64,000 nt of DNA from Oligoflexales bacterium. Its GTDB lineage: Bacteria > Bdellovibrionota_B > Oligoflexia > Oligoflexales > JAPPIL01. Shown here piece by piece: positions 54,829 through 64,000 of the stretch. Where the stretch lies: positions 1,215,717 to 1,279,716 of the forward strand of contig OZ244057.1 in NCBI GenBank assembly GCA_965215515.1. Direction: 5' to 3'. The translations under genes and the position numbers were made by a program. Below the pieces are notes generated by a model that ran no database searches, was not told where the DNA came from, and saw nothing but the letters and a program-made list of their open reading frames with translations. How positions within the stretch are numbered: position 1 is the stretch's first letter; every line of letters starts with the position of its first letter.

Positions 54829-57800
54829 TTACATCAATCTCCTGTATTTGCCCCCCAGCTTAAACAGCAGCTGGGTGATCTCCTGCAGCGTGGCGTGTTT
54901 CACCGTGTGCATCAACTCGGCAAAAATATTGTCGCCGCGTAAGACCGTCTCCTGTAATTTTTGTAGAGCAACCTGTGCCTCCTGTGTGTTGCGTTTCTTG
55001 AACGCGGCCAGGTCAGTGAGTCGTTGCTCCTTGGTGGCGGACGTGGCTCTGATCAGAGCGGTGGTAGCCCGTTGTTGTTTGACGGGGGTGTCGGTCAGAA
55101 AGGTGTTGACCCCTATGATCGGCACACTCCCCGTATGTTTAAGTTCCTCGTAGTGCAAGCTTTGTTCCTGAATTTTGCTGCGCTGATACTGTAGTTCCAT
55201 CGCACCGAGCACCCCGCCGCGTTCGGCAAGACGTTCAAATTCTTGCAGTACCTGTGCCTCGACAAGATCGGTCAGATACTCTATAAAATACGAGCCCTGT
55301 AAAGCGTTTTCACACTGATTAATTCCTAGCTCGCGATTGATGATCAACTGAATCGCCATCGCCTGCCGCACACTCTCCTCCGTCGGTGTGGTCAAGGCTT
55401 CATCGAAGGCATTGGTATGCAGGGAGTTGCAGTTTTCGCACAGAGCCAACAACGCCTGCAAAGTAGTACGAACGTCGTTGAAAGTCATCTCCTGTGCATG
55501 CAACGAACGTCCTGAGGTCTGCACATGGTACTTTAGTTTACAACTGTCCTCGTTCGCCGCGTAAACATCACGCAGAGCAATCGCCCAGATACGACGTGCT
55601 ACCCGCCCTAGCACACTGGATTCGGCATCAAGACTACTGCTGAAAAAAAACGACAGATTCGCGGCAAAGTCATCTACTCGCATGCCACGTGCTAAATAAT
55701 ACTCGAGATAGGTGAACCCATTGGCTAGCGTGAAGGCCAATTGCGTGACAGGATTCGCGCCCGCTTCGGCGATGTGAAACCCAGAGATAGAAATGCTGTA
55801 GTATTTTTTTATTTTTTGGGCAATAAAATATTCCTGTACATCGCCCAGCATGCGTAAAGCAAACTCGGTGGAAAAAATACAGGTGTTCTGTGCTTGATCT
55901 TCTTTCAAAATATCTGCTTGCACTGTGCCACGTACCGTTTGCAAAGTTTGCGTGGTAATTGCTTCGCATTCAGCCGCCGTGAGCTTTTTTGGGCCTGCGG
56001 CACGGTGTTTAGCGAGTTGCTGGGCGATAGCCGTGTTGAGGTACATAGCCAAAATTATCGGTGCGGGGCCGTTGATGGTCATGCTTACGCTGGTGTGTGG
56101 GGCACAGAGATCAAAGCCTGCATAAAGTTTTTGCATGTCGTCGAGAGTAGCTACCGAGACTCCCGATTCACCCACCTTGCCATAGATGTCGGGACGTAGA
56201 TCAGGGTCACAGCCGTAAAGAGTTACACTGTCAAAGGCAGTGCTCAAACGTTTGGCGGGCGAAGCAGAAGACAAATAATGAAAACGTTTGTTGGTTTGTT
56301 GCGGGCTGCCCTCACCAGCAAACTGCCGTTGTGGATCTTCTTGCACGCGCCGCAAGGGCATAATACCAGCCGTATAGGGGAAACTGCCAGGCAAATTCTC
56401 TTTACGCAAATAGCGCCACAGATCGGCATCGTTACTGTGCCGCGGACGGGCGACTTTGGGCAGTTTGTTCTCCGTCAAAGAGACGAAATATGGCACTGCG
56501 GTGATGTTTTTACCGCGCACATTAAAACTCATTTCCTCTCTATCGTAATCAGCATTTTGCTTACACCATGCGGCGATGCTTGCCTGTATTGTAGCGGGCA
56601 ACTGTGCTACGAGTTTTGCCTCCGCCTGCCTTAATTCAGCCCGCGCCTCGTCCGACAGCGCATTGTTGTCCTGTGCCATTCGCAAACTATCCCGCTCCTG
56701 CAACAAAACAGCCATGCGCTCGCTATCCCGATGATAGCTGCGTACCGCGGCGGCGATGTCATACAAGTACTGTTGCCGTGTGGCAGGTAAAAGCGGTGCG
56801 CGCTGTGTCGATTGTAAGACGGCAGGGCGATGTTTATACTCGTTTCGTGCGGGGAACAGCGTTGCACAGATGCGTCGATAGAGGCCACTCACGCCATCGT
56901 CGTTGAAACGGTTGGCAATCACGCCAAACACGGGGTAGTCATGTTCCCGTTGCTGCTGCCCCGCGTAACGACTGCGCCTTACCTGTGTGCGCACATCGCG
57001 CCAGGCATCGAGTGCCTGTGGCCGTTCGAATTTATTGATGGCGATGAAGTCAGCGTAATCGAGCATGTTGATTTTTTCCAACTGACTCTGTGCTCCGTAT
57101 TCGGGGGTCATAACATAGAGGCTGTGATCGGAAACTTGCACGATATCGGCATTCCCCTGTCCGATACCGCTGGTTTCAACGACGATCAAATCGAAATCTC
57201 GCGCCCGCAAAAGTTGCACCGCTTCCCGCAAAAAGGTTATTATCTCACCCGTGCCATGCCGTGTGGCAAAGCTACGCACGAAGACCCGCGGGTCGCTGCC
57301 GCAATTAAAACGCAAGCGATCACCGAGCAGTGCTCCCCCTGTCTTGGATTTAGTCGGATCGATGCAGATGACCGCGATGTTGAAATTTTTAAAATCTGCT
57401 AAAAAGCGCGCTAAAATTTCGTCGCTGAGCGAGCTCTTGCCTGCACCACCGCTACCCGTGACTCCCAGCACAGGAGTTTTTTTCTCGTCAGGCTGTGTTG
57501 CCACCGACGATGACCAGGGCTGTCCTGCCTCGAGCAAGGTTAAAGCGCGCGGCAGATTGTCTTTTACCTGTGTGCTGAGATCGGTGTCGCAGGTTTGCAA
57601 CATGTAGCCGATGATGCCGTCAAGTCCTGCTATCTGCCCATCTTCGGGACTGAAAATTTTGCTGATACCCTGCTGTTGTAAAGCAACGATCTCTTCAGGG
57701 GTAATGACCCCACCACCGCCGCCAAAAATCTTGATATGATCGCCTCCCTGCTCGTCGAGCAGTCGGCGCAGATAGACGAAAAACTCGTTGTGCCCACCCT

Positions 57801-58038
57801 GATAGCTGGATACCGCCACCCCGTGGACATCCTCACACCAGGCAGCACGAGCGATCTCGGTCGCGGCACGATCGTGTCCGAGATGAATAACCTCCGCACC
57901 ACGATGTTGTAGTAAACGACGGAAAATATTGATGCTGGCATCGTGCCCATCGAACAGGGCGGTAGCCGTTACGAAACGCAGCTTATGACGCGGTACGTAA
58001 GCACGCAACTGCTGCCAGTCAATGCTTGCCATACACAA
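54829..58038 (-). CDS. icmF: fused isobutyryl-CoA / methylmalonyl-CoA mutase IcmF (B12-binding domain + MeaB-like G-protein + mutase barrel)
   Basis: 1069 aa. N-terminal B12-binding (DGHDASINIF...GAEVIHLGH, cobalamin DxHxxG-type). Central P-loop GTPase GVTGSGGAGKSS with MeaB-like blocks. C-terminal mutase substrate domain. Confidence 0.85.
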   Translation of the reverse strand: MCMASIDWQQLRAYVPRHKLRFVTATALFDGHDASINIFRRLLQHRGAEVIHLGHDRAATEIARAAWCEDVHGVAVSSYQGGHNEFFVYLRRLLDEQGGDHIKIFGGGGGVITPEEIVALQQQGISKIFSPEDGQIAGLDGIIGYMLQTCDTDLSTQVKDNLPRALTLLEAGQPWSSSVATQPDEKKTPVLGVTGSGGAGKSSLSDEILARFLADFKNFNIAVICIDPTKSKTGGALLGDRLRFNCGSDPRVFVRSFATRHGTGEIITFLREAVQLLRARDFDLIVVETSGIGQGNADIVQVSDHSLYVMTPEYGAQSQLEKINMLDYADFIAINKFERPQALDAWRDVRTQVRRSRYAGQQQREHDYPVFGVIANRFNDDGVSGLYRRICATLFPARNEYKHRPAVLQSTQRAPLLPATRQQYLYDIAAAVRSYHRDSERMAVLLQERDSLRMAQDNNALSDEARAELRQAEAKLVAQLPATIQASIAAWCKQNADYDREEMSFNVRGKNITAVPYFVSLTENKLPKVARPRHSNDADLWRYLRKENLPGSFPYTAGIMPLRRVQEDPQRQFAGEGSPQQTNKRFHYLSSASPAKRLSTAFDSVTLYGCDPDLRPDIYGKVGESGVSVATLDDMQKLYAGFDLCAPHTSVSMTINGPAPIILAMYLNTAIAQQLAKHRAAGPKKLTAAECEAITTQTLQTVRGTVQADILKEDQAQNTCIFSTEFALRMLGDVQEYFIAQKIKKYYSISISGFHIAEAGANPVTQLAFTLANGFTYLEYYLARGMRVDDFAANLSFFFSSSLDAESSVLGRVARRIWAIALRDVYAANEDSCKLKYHVQTSGRSLHAQEMTFNDVRTTLQALLALCENCNSLHTNAFDEALTTPTEESVRQAMAIQLIINRELGINQCENALQGSYFIEYLTDLVEAQVLQEFERLAERGGVLGAMELQYQRSKIQEQSLHYEELKHTGSVPIIGVNTFLTDTPVKQQRATTALIRATSATKEQRLTDLAAFKKRNTQEAQVALQKLQETVLRGDNIFAELMHTVKHATLQEITQLLFKLGGKYRRLM

Positions 58039-58116
58039 CTCCCGCTACCACTCGCCGCCTTGTACAAAAACTTGCTAGCTTTTTCAAGATGTGATGCCCA
58101 GAAGTACCTACTCCTC

Positions 58117-58560
58117 CTAATCATCGTCGGGAGGCGGATCGACAACAATCGACCAAGCAAACGCAGTAGGTGTCTTTTGTGTAACGCCGTGCGCGTCCTT
58201 GCCGATAGCGCAGAGCAGATAAGAATCTTCCTGTAGATCACGATGGGTAATCGTCTGTGTGAGTGCGACGAAATCGCCGTAATCAGCGCTTTCACACCCC
58301 GAACTGCCGCCCGCAGCCGCATCACCTGCGAGCAAGGCATGCTTATACTCGACAGCCCCGTTTTGGCTGCTAACGACGACATCGATAGCATCACTGTCGT
58401 CCTCTATGCTCGGCAAATTTTCAAAACTAACACTGACCGCCTTACCGACCTGGGATTCAGCTGTTTGCGCGCTAGCATATTCTGAACCTGTGGACTGATA
58501 ATCGCGTTCATCGGCGCGGCAAGCAAATAACAGTGACAGCAATACGCACGTTCTCACCAT
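58117..58560 (-). CDS. small lipoprotein carrying one copy of the novel Cys-containing ~75-aa domain
   Basis: Lipobox LFAC (VLLSLLFAC). ...YKHALLAGDAAAGGSSGCESADYGDFVAL...SYLLCAIGKDAHGVTQKTPTAFAW... parallels the repeats in the 39577-41334 and 58665-60083 proteins. Confidence 0.4.
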   Translation of the reverse strand: MVRTCVLLSLLFACRADERDYQSTGSEYASAQTAESQVGKAVSVSFENLPSIEDDSDAIDVVVSSQNGAVEYKHALLAGDAAAGGSSGCESADYGDFVALTQTITHRDLQEDSYLLCAIGKDAHGVTQKTPTAFAWSIVVDPPPDDD

Positions 58561-58664
58561 CTATTCCTTACTTATCTCCCAGGTCGAACGAGACAGGGCA
58601 CACCTGGCTTTCGGAAAAAAATGAATGAAACTTTAGAAAAAGTTAACTTTTTCTTCTAAAGGTC

Positions 58665-60083
58665 ATGCACTGCTGTGCCGATGCTTGCGTTGTATTGAGG
58701 GGAACGATCTTGCGACAGCTGATGTTCTTTACGATGTTCGCTAGCGCGCTGGTGGTCTGCACCGACAGACCGCGCGACGACAGCCAGAGAGATGGTGCGG
58801 ATGAGGATAAAACCGCAGATAGCACGTCAGGGGCAGCACCGCAGGTGGTGTTTATCAATAAACCTGATGATTCTAGTGCTAGTCGGATTATCGTGGCAGT
58901 CATACACAGCAATTGGCGCACTAGGGAGTATGCTTATGCTCTTATCAAGGGTGAAGGTGATTGCAACAGTCCAGCTTACAGCAGCTGGCGAGAGTTCACC
59001 GTTCCCATCACGTTAACCCCTGAGATGCTCGGCGGATACGGCATCAAGACCTTGTGCGCCAAGGGTAGAGGATCTGATGGCAGCGAGCAAAAGATTCCTA
59101 CACGGCATAGGTGGCAACTGCTGCCACCTGTAGATGCAGCTGCAGCCGCAGATGTTCCACCTGACGCTGATTCTAGCTCTGACACTGCGGCTACCTCTAC
59201 CACGCCGCTACCCGCGTCCGCCGTGGTTACAACGACCCGCGGCTTGCGACTGTCGGACAACGTTTTGAAGTTTGCCAGTGCGAGCAGGGAGATAAAGACC
59301 GTCGCTCTGATGAACATCGGTAAAAGCCAGCTAGAATGGTCGGTTACGACTACTCAGGGGGGAGGATTACTGAGTGTACGCAAGGTTGCTGCTAGTGCCA
59401 AGGATGAACCCGATGATGGCAGTCATTGGCAAGCTATGGACACCTCGCGACCCCTCCCGTTGTCGGGAACGCTAGCCAGAGATAGTAGGGAGCAATATCT
59501 ACAGTTTAAGTTGTCTGATTCGGATAAAACCGACTACGGGGGCAATCAAGCGACGACCATAGCAATCGGAGATGGTTCTGGCAGCAGTGTCGAGCTAACG
59601 GCACATATCCTCGTTCCTCAACTGAGGATTACGGGGAGCGGAAATAATATCGTCAAGAAGGTCAGTGACCAGGTCTGGCAGGTAAATTTAAGTCCCACGG
59701 TCAGGGAAGCCAGCCTGACCATAGCTAATGCTAAGGCACAGGGATCTCTTGATGATTTGTCATGGGATGTATTTCCCTATGCCTGGTTACCAGACTGGCT
59801 TGATTATGTTAAGAGTGCGGGCGATCTAACTATCTATCTCGAGGGTGATTGCAGGCTTTATCCCGCAGCTAGTGAAGACGATGAACTTACCCTAGTGATC
59901 GCTTCCAACAGCGACAGTACGGGAGTACAGGCGCGCAGTTTTGCTCTGACTCACGCACAGCAGGAGATTGTGTGGCAGGAGGAGGGAGGAGTTACCAAGA
60001 GCAAAAGAGCTGAGTGGCGCACCGACGACATCAGGTATGTGGTGGTGAAGTATGAAAACGAAAATAACACTCCTTGCCCCTAG
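58665..60083 (+). CDS. hypothetical secreted protein with N-terminal copy of the novel Cys-containing domain
   Basis: Signal peptide (LMFFTMFASALVVC). ...YAYALIKGEGDCNSPAYSSWREF...GYGIKTLCAKGRGSDGSEQKIPTRHRW. Divergent from the small lipoprotein gene. Confidence 0.45.
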   Translation: MHCCADACVVLRGTILRQLMFFTMFASALVVCTDRPRDDSQRDGADEDKTADSTSGAAPQVVFINKPDDSSASRIIVAVIHSNWRTREYAYALIKGEGDCNSPAYSSWREFTVPITLTPEMLGGYGIKTLCAKGRGSDGSEQKIPTRHRWQLLPPVDAAAAADVPPDADSSSDTAATSTTPLPASAVVTTTRGLRLSDNVLKFASASREIKTVALMNIGKSQLEWSVTTTQGGGLLSVRKVAASAKDEPDDGSHWQAMDTSRPLPLSGTLARDSREQYLQFKLSDSDKTDYGGNQATTIAIGDGSGSSVELTAHILVPQLRITGSGNNIVKKVSDQVWQVNLSPTVREASLTIANAKAQGSLDDLSWDVFPYAWLPDWLDYVKSAGDLTIYLEGDCRLYPAASEDDELTLVIASNSDSTGVQARSFALTHAQQEIVWQEEGGVTKSKRAEWRTDDIRYVVVKYENENNTPCP

Positions 60084-60137
60084 AAATCACATAAACTGTA
60101 GGCACCTATACCGCGCCCCATCTCCTCCTTCTTTCCC

Positions 60138-60809
60138 TCAGGGGCAGATATACCCTCGTGCGGCATTGTCTCGGGATAAGCTACTGGCATCGAGCACACC
60201 GGTAGCACACACCGATGTGCCGTCTGTCTTCGTGTATTTAAGCCGCCAGGGAATTTGCAAAGCCATGGAGAGAGAAGTCCCGCCGTCTAGTAGCTCTGAG
60301 CTATGAACATCCATCCCTCGATACTTTTGCTCTTCCAGTTCCAGTTCTGCCCCTTCTTGCACTTTTTCGTTGGGATCGAAGACGACATGAGGTTTAAATC
60401 CTCCTTCCTGCACTTCGAGGTAGAGCGATACTGCCGCGGGAGCAGTACTGATGGCAGCATGGGGTTCACAACTGTTGCTGTCCCTTAATAACCCTTCCAA
60501 CTGACATCTTTTGCCTTTTGTGTCCCGTACAATGCAGCCAGCATTATCACTTCTTTCCGCTGCTAATCCAACTACCTTACAACCTTCAGGCTGCGTCACG
60601 GAAACAAAAGAGCAGCCTTCGGCAAATTCTTTAATACTATACTCACCTTGGCAAACGGTTTTTGTGGTTAGATTGATACGACACGTGCCATCAGCATTCG
60701 TCCCGTGCATACATTCAGGCGGGGTACGTTTACGCCCCGATTTAATACAGCTTTCGGTCAACAATGTTAGTAGCAGCAATGTTGACAACCACACAAAACT
60801 AAATTTCAT
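60138..60809 (-). CDS. Cys-rich hypothetical lipoprotein
   Basis: Lipobox TESC (LLLTLLTESC). 14 Cys in 223 aa. AT-rich. Immediately downstream of spoVR. Confidence 0.4.
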   Translation of the reverse strand: MKFSFVWLSTLLLLTLLTESCIKSGRKRTPPECMHGTNADGTCRINLTTKTVCQGEYSIKEFAEGCSFVSVTQPEGCKVVGLAAERSDNAGCIVRDTKGKRCQLEGLLRDSNSCEPHAAISTAPAAVSLYLEVQEGGFKPHVVFDPNEKVQEGAELELEEQKYRGMDVHSSELLDGGTSLSMALQIPWRLKYTKTDGTSVCATGVLDASSLSRDNAARGYICP

Positions 60810-60835
60810 TGGATTTCTCCTCTCGGTAAAATTAA

Positions 60836-62338
60836 TTAAATTTTCTCTATCTGATGATCAGTTCCAGAACAGGAAATTCTTTTCGCTACTCCTTCAATAC
60901 GTGTCTCCAAATGCACAGGTCGTTTCCACAAGCGGAATAAATTTTTTAGTGTCTCCAAAGCAAAATCCTGCTTAAGATCCAGTTCTTTGTGTTCATGCAC
61001 CAGCAACAGTTCACGACGATTGCGAAAGTTGCCGTCTTTGACAACGATAATTGGATTACCTACGTTAGTGAGTTGGTCGAGCAGTTTGCGTTTAACGTCG
61101 GAGAATTCACGTGACGAGATAACGTGCTTGTTACGATTGCGATCGTAATCGTAGACAAGCATTTTTTGTTCGTGACAAAAATCCTCGTCAAGATAGGCAT
61201 CGATAAACGTTACATCGTTATGTACTCTTCTTATTTCAAAAAGTTTTTCTTTGCCTTGTTGAGTGTGTCTATTCCAAAACTTGCGCCTTTTTGGATCAGT
61301 GCAGTTGAGATAGTCAAGGCCAAAACGTCCTTCGTTCCAGCGTTTTTCGCAATGCCGTAGCAGCTCAACACCCAGCTTGTACGGATTAAGCTGCCCTGGC
61401 TGGCTGGCGACTACTCCCGCGTAATGATCGCAGTAGTCGATAATTTCCGCCGCGGATAGAGGATAGAGATTAGTCATCATCTTGCTGTGCCAATATGTCG
61501 CCCAGCCTTCGTTGAGGATTTTTGTCTGTGCTTGTGGGGCAAAATAATAAGCTTCAGCACGAATTATATCTAACAACTGCCATTCCCAATCTTTTAGCGG
61601 TGCATGGCAAAGCAAATAATTCAGTACGTCTCGTTCGTTAGTTTTAGAATCAAGCAAAGGGTCTTTGCTATGTTTTTCTTCCAATAATTTACGTTTACGA
61701 GCAATGTATTCTTTAGGATTAACGTACGTGTCCATGTAGGACTTGGCATCGAGTTTCAGTTCATCTTCGGTAATATGCAAATCTTCTGAGGTCTTTTCAT
61801 TTTTCTTTTTAGCTTTTACTTTGAAAGGGGAGTAGATATCGATTAAATTTTCTAGCGACAGACAGCAGTCAAGCAGACTCTCGACCTTATCATGCCCAAT
61901 ATCGTTGATCAGTGAGCGTACAATCGTGCCGTGATTAGCCATTTGGTTAAGCATTTTGTCGTTAGTTTTACTGAACCAGTAATTTTTTTGAAAAAAATCA
62001 CAATGTCCATAGACATGAGCGATCACTGTTTTTTGATAGACAAGATCGTTTGCCCGTAACAGATAGGCGTAGCAAGGGTTGTTATTGATGACCATCTCAT
62101 AAATAATCGCCAAACCATAGGTATAGCTTTTAGCTAGGCGTTCGTATTCCATCCCGAAACGCCAATGTGGGTAGCGGGTTGGAAACCCCATGTAGGCTGC
62201 GATTGCGTTAAGTTGCTTGTAATCGACCAGCTCAAAGATAGTTGTGCACGGTTCAAGTCCTGCCTCACGAGCAGCTTGTTCGAGTTCTTGGGCAAAAAAA
62301 TTAATTTCTTCAGTCAGCTTTGTATCAAAGCCCAGCAT
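60836..62338 (-). CDS. spoVR: SpoVR-family protein
   Basis: 500 aa with conserved SpoVR blocks (YAYLLRANDLVYQKTVIAHVYGHCDFF; NEGWATYWH). Start codon 1 bp after the yeaH stop. Confidence 0.85.
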   Translation of the reverse strand: MLGFDTKLTEEINFFAQELEQAAREAGLEPCTTIFELVDYKQLNAIAAYMGFPTRYPHWRFGMEYERLAKSYTYGLAIIYEMVINNNPCYAYLLRANDLVYQKTVIAHVYGHCDFFQKNYWFSKTNDKMLNQMANHGTIVRSLINDIGHDKVESLLDCCLSLENLIDIYSPFKVKAKKKNEKTSEDLHITEDELKLDAKSYMDTYVNPKEYIARKRKLLEEKHSKDPLLDSKTNERDVLNYLLCHAPLKDWEWQLLDIIRAEAYYFAPQAQTKILNEGWATYWHSKMMTNLYPLSAAEIIDYCDHYAGVVASQPGQLNPYKLGVELLRHCEKRWNEGRFGLDYLNCTDPKRRKFWNRHTQQGKEKLFEIRRVHNDVTFIDAYLDEDFCHEQKMLVYDYDRNRNKHVISSREFSDVKRKLLDQLTNVGNPIIVVKDGNFRNRRELLLVHEHKELDLKQDFALETLKNLFRLWKRPVHLETRIEGVAKRISCSGTDHQIEKI

Positions 62339-63432
62339 TAGCGTCCTCTGCCCAGAAAAATTTTCAGCGCAGCGATAATCGCATCACGATCTTTTATTTT
62401 GGCTAGTGCAACTCTCTCATTGTTAGGAAAACTTTTCTCCAGATCACGTAAAAACTGCCCCGACCCGTAACGTGACTCAACTTGCCCATAACTGAACAAG
62501 TTAGCATTGGGTAAAATATCGTTTTTCATAATATTAAGGCACTCCGTGGTATCGTTACCAGACCAGTTATCGCCATCAGAAAAATGAAACAGATAAACAT
62601 TCCATATCTCGGTTGGATAATCTTTTTCCATAAGATTTACTGCCAGTTGGTAGGCAGAGCTAATCAATGTGCCTCCTGATTCGCGGGTACGATAGAAGGT
62701 TTCTTGATCTACTTCACGGGCGATCGCGTCGTGCACAACATAGCGTCGTTCTAAACCTGCGTATTGTCTGGTCAACCAAGTATCTAGCCAAAATGCGGTT
62801 AGGCGCACAATTTTTTTTTGTTCTTCGCCCATACTGCCAGAAACATCCATCATGTAAATCACGACCGCGTTTGTTTCGGGCTTAGAGACCGTTTTAAACG
62901 AGCGATAGCGTTTATCGTCTTTGACAGGAACAATCATGGGAGATTGTGCGTCATACGTACCACTGATAATTGCGCGTTTCAATGCTTCTCGGAACGTACG
63001 TTTGAAATGCCGCAACGACTCAGGCCCTTGCTTAAAAATACCTGTATACTTATGTTGCAAAGCCTCGATATTTTTTTCCCCCTTACCCCTGATACGCGGC
63101 AAGGCTAGCTCTTCACTGAGAATGTCGGCCAGTTCCTCCAGTGAAACTTCTACCTCAAGGGTTTTTTCCCCTTCGCCCTGACCAGCCTGCTGTTGTTCTC
63201 CTTGCGCTTGTCCTGGTAATGGATCACCGACTTCGCCTTCGCCCTGTCCTACGCCACGTTGTTGTGGGCCGAATTGAAACCTCGGTATATCTATACGGGG
63301 GAGAGGGATACTGATTGTCTTGCCCCCCTGCCTACCGAGCAAATCACCGCTAGTAATAAATTTGCGCAGTTCTTTTTTTATTTTACCACGCACAATCTTG
63401 TGGAAGCGATTTAAATCAGAATCCATCTTCAT
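62338..63432 (-). CDS. yeaH: YeaH/YhbH-family protein (DUF444, vWA-like)
   Basis: 364 aa. Conserved motifs of the UPF0229 family (VVIYMMDVSGSMGEEQK; Gly/Gln-rich acidic linker GQGEGEVGDPLPGQAQGEQQ). Confidence 0.85.
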   Translation of the reverse strand: MKMDSDLNRFHKIVRGKIKKELRKFITSGDLLGRQGGKTISIPLPRIDIPRFQFGPQQRGVGQGEGEVGDPLPGQAQGEQQQAGQGEGEKTLEVEVSLEELADILSEELALPRIRGKGEKNIEALQHKYTGIFKQGPESLRHFKRTFREALKRAIISGTYDAQSPMIVPVKDDKRYRSFKTVSKPETNAVVIYMMDVSGSMGEEQKKIVRLTAFWLDTWLTRQYAGLERRYVVHDAIAREVDQETFYRTRESGGTLISSAYQLAVNLMEKDYPTEIWNVYLFHFSDGDNWSGNDTTECLNIMKNDILPNANLFSYGQVESRYGSGQFLRDLEKSFPNNERVALAKIKDRDAIIAALKIFLGRGR

Positions 63433-63434
63433 TA

Positions 63435-64000
63435 CTATTTCTCTTGTTTAGTAACTCCACCGCGGGCGAAAATGCTGGCAACAAAATTCAGTGCATCGCT
63501 AGCACATATATCGCAGTAGTGATAGTTTTTAACCAAACGTCCTTTGACAACAGAAATTTTTTCTTGAGTTTCCTTGTCGACAACGTTGGAAACAAGAGTT
63601 GTCAGTTTGATAGTATCTCTTTGATCTTCAAATAACTTAAGTTCAAGTGCTTTGTGCAAACGCTCGTTGGTTTTATAGTCGAACGATCGTCCTTCGAGAG
63701 CTAAAGCACCTATATAGTTCATGATTTCACGCCGAAAATCATCTTTACGACTGTCGGGAATATCGATTTTTTCTTCGATCGAGCGCATGAGGCGTTCATC
63801 AGGCTCTTCGTCAGCACCTGTGAAAGGGTTTTTGACTTTCTCGTTTTGGATATAAGCTTTGAGGTTATCGATATAGTTGGCACATACTTTGGAGATAGCT
63901 GACTCATCGGCAGATATGGCGCGCTGCACCTCGTGTTTGACAGTGTCTTCGTATTCACGTTTCACCTCGGCAAGTAATTCAGTGTAACGCTTGCGATCTT
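63435..64000 (-). CDS. prkA: PrkA-family serine protein kinase (AAA+ N-domain not in window), C-terminal 176 codons; gene continues past the window end
   Basis: C-terminal PrkA blocks (...[34 protein letters not shown]...[15 protein letters not shown]...). 2-bp gap to yeaH. Classic prkA-yeaH-spoVR order. Confidence 0.8.
   Translation of the reverse strand, partial: DRKRYTELLAEVKREYEDTVKHEVQRAISADESAISKVCANYIDNLKAYIQNEKVKNPFTGADEEPDERLMRSIEEKIDIPDSRKDDFRREIMNYIGALALEGRSFDYKTNERLHKALELKLFEDQRDTIKLTTLVSNVVDKETQEKISVVKGRLVKNYHYCDICASDALNFVASIFARGGVTKQEK

Noticed and set aside
1-64000. Search for tRNA, rRNA, transposase/integrase genes or IS inverted repeats
   Set aside because: No intergenic region is long enough or contains a T-psi-C-like GGTTCGAATCC element. 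No ORF shows DDE transposase or tyrosine-recombinase motifs. None is reported.

Overview
This 64-kb window comes from a mid-GC (about 50-58%) diderm (Gram-negative-type) bacterium; I cannot name the organism. I found no rRNA, tRNA, CRISPR array, transposase or integrase.

Recognisable conserved genes:
- uppS-cdsA-rseP(5' part) on the minus strand.
- An orphan NuoB-like gene.
- rpsU, followed by bioB-bioF.
- An AapJQMP-type polar amino-acid ABC transporter.
- eno and mnmG(gidA).
- A Glu/Leu/Phe/Val dehydrogenase, UvrD/PcrA helicase, FtsW/RodA and an SPFH/band-7 protein.
- A TonB C-terminal-domain protein next to a BamD-like TPR lipoprotein.
- PilT-like ATPase, a vWA lipoprotein, tmk and an eukaryote-type Ser/Thr kinase.
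- Acyl-CoA carboxyltransferase (PccB-like), parA-parB and the fused isobutyryl/methylmalonyl-CoA mutase IcmF.
- A prkA-yeaH(yhbH)-spoVR stress operon at the window end.

Between these lie many signal-peptide and lipoprotein genes with no recognisable function. The most striking is a translationally coupled five-gene lipoprotein operon (4355-11059). It contains a paralogous pair with N-terminal lipoboxes and C-terminal glycine-zipper membrane anchors. Next to it sits a divergent secreted repeat protein. I propose this block as a candidate undescribed envelope system.

Other notable items:
- Two near-perfect tandem arrays. One is a 110-bp unit x about 4.4 that duplicates the 5' end, start codon and upstream region of mnmG. 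The other is a 40-bp unit x about 12 immediately upstream of uvrD/pcrA.
- A roughly 34-bp hairpin-containing motif shared upstream of bioB and of the dehydrogenase gene.
- A perfect 10-bp inverted repeat with an A9 tract in the divergent promoter of the novel operon.
- Convergent eukaryote-like proteins: a zincin metalloprotease fused to ankyrin repeats, and an ankyrin lipoprotein.
- A dockerin-like C-terminus on a secreted protein that shares a novel domain with two other secreted proteins 17 kb away.
- Compositional mosaicism: the PilT/vWA/kinase block and the prkA island are markedly AT-richer than the housekeeping genes.

All product calls come from motifs I read in the translations, not from database searches.
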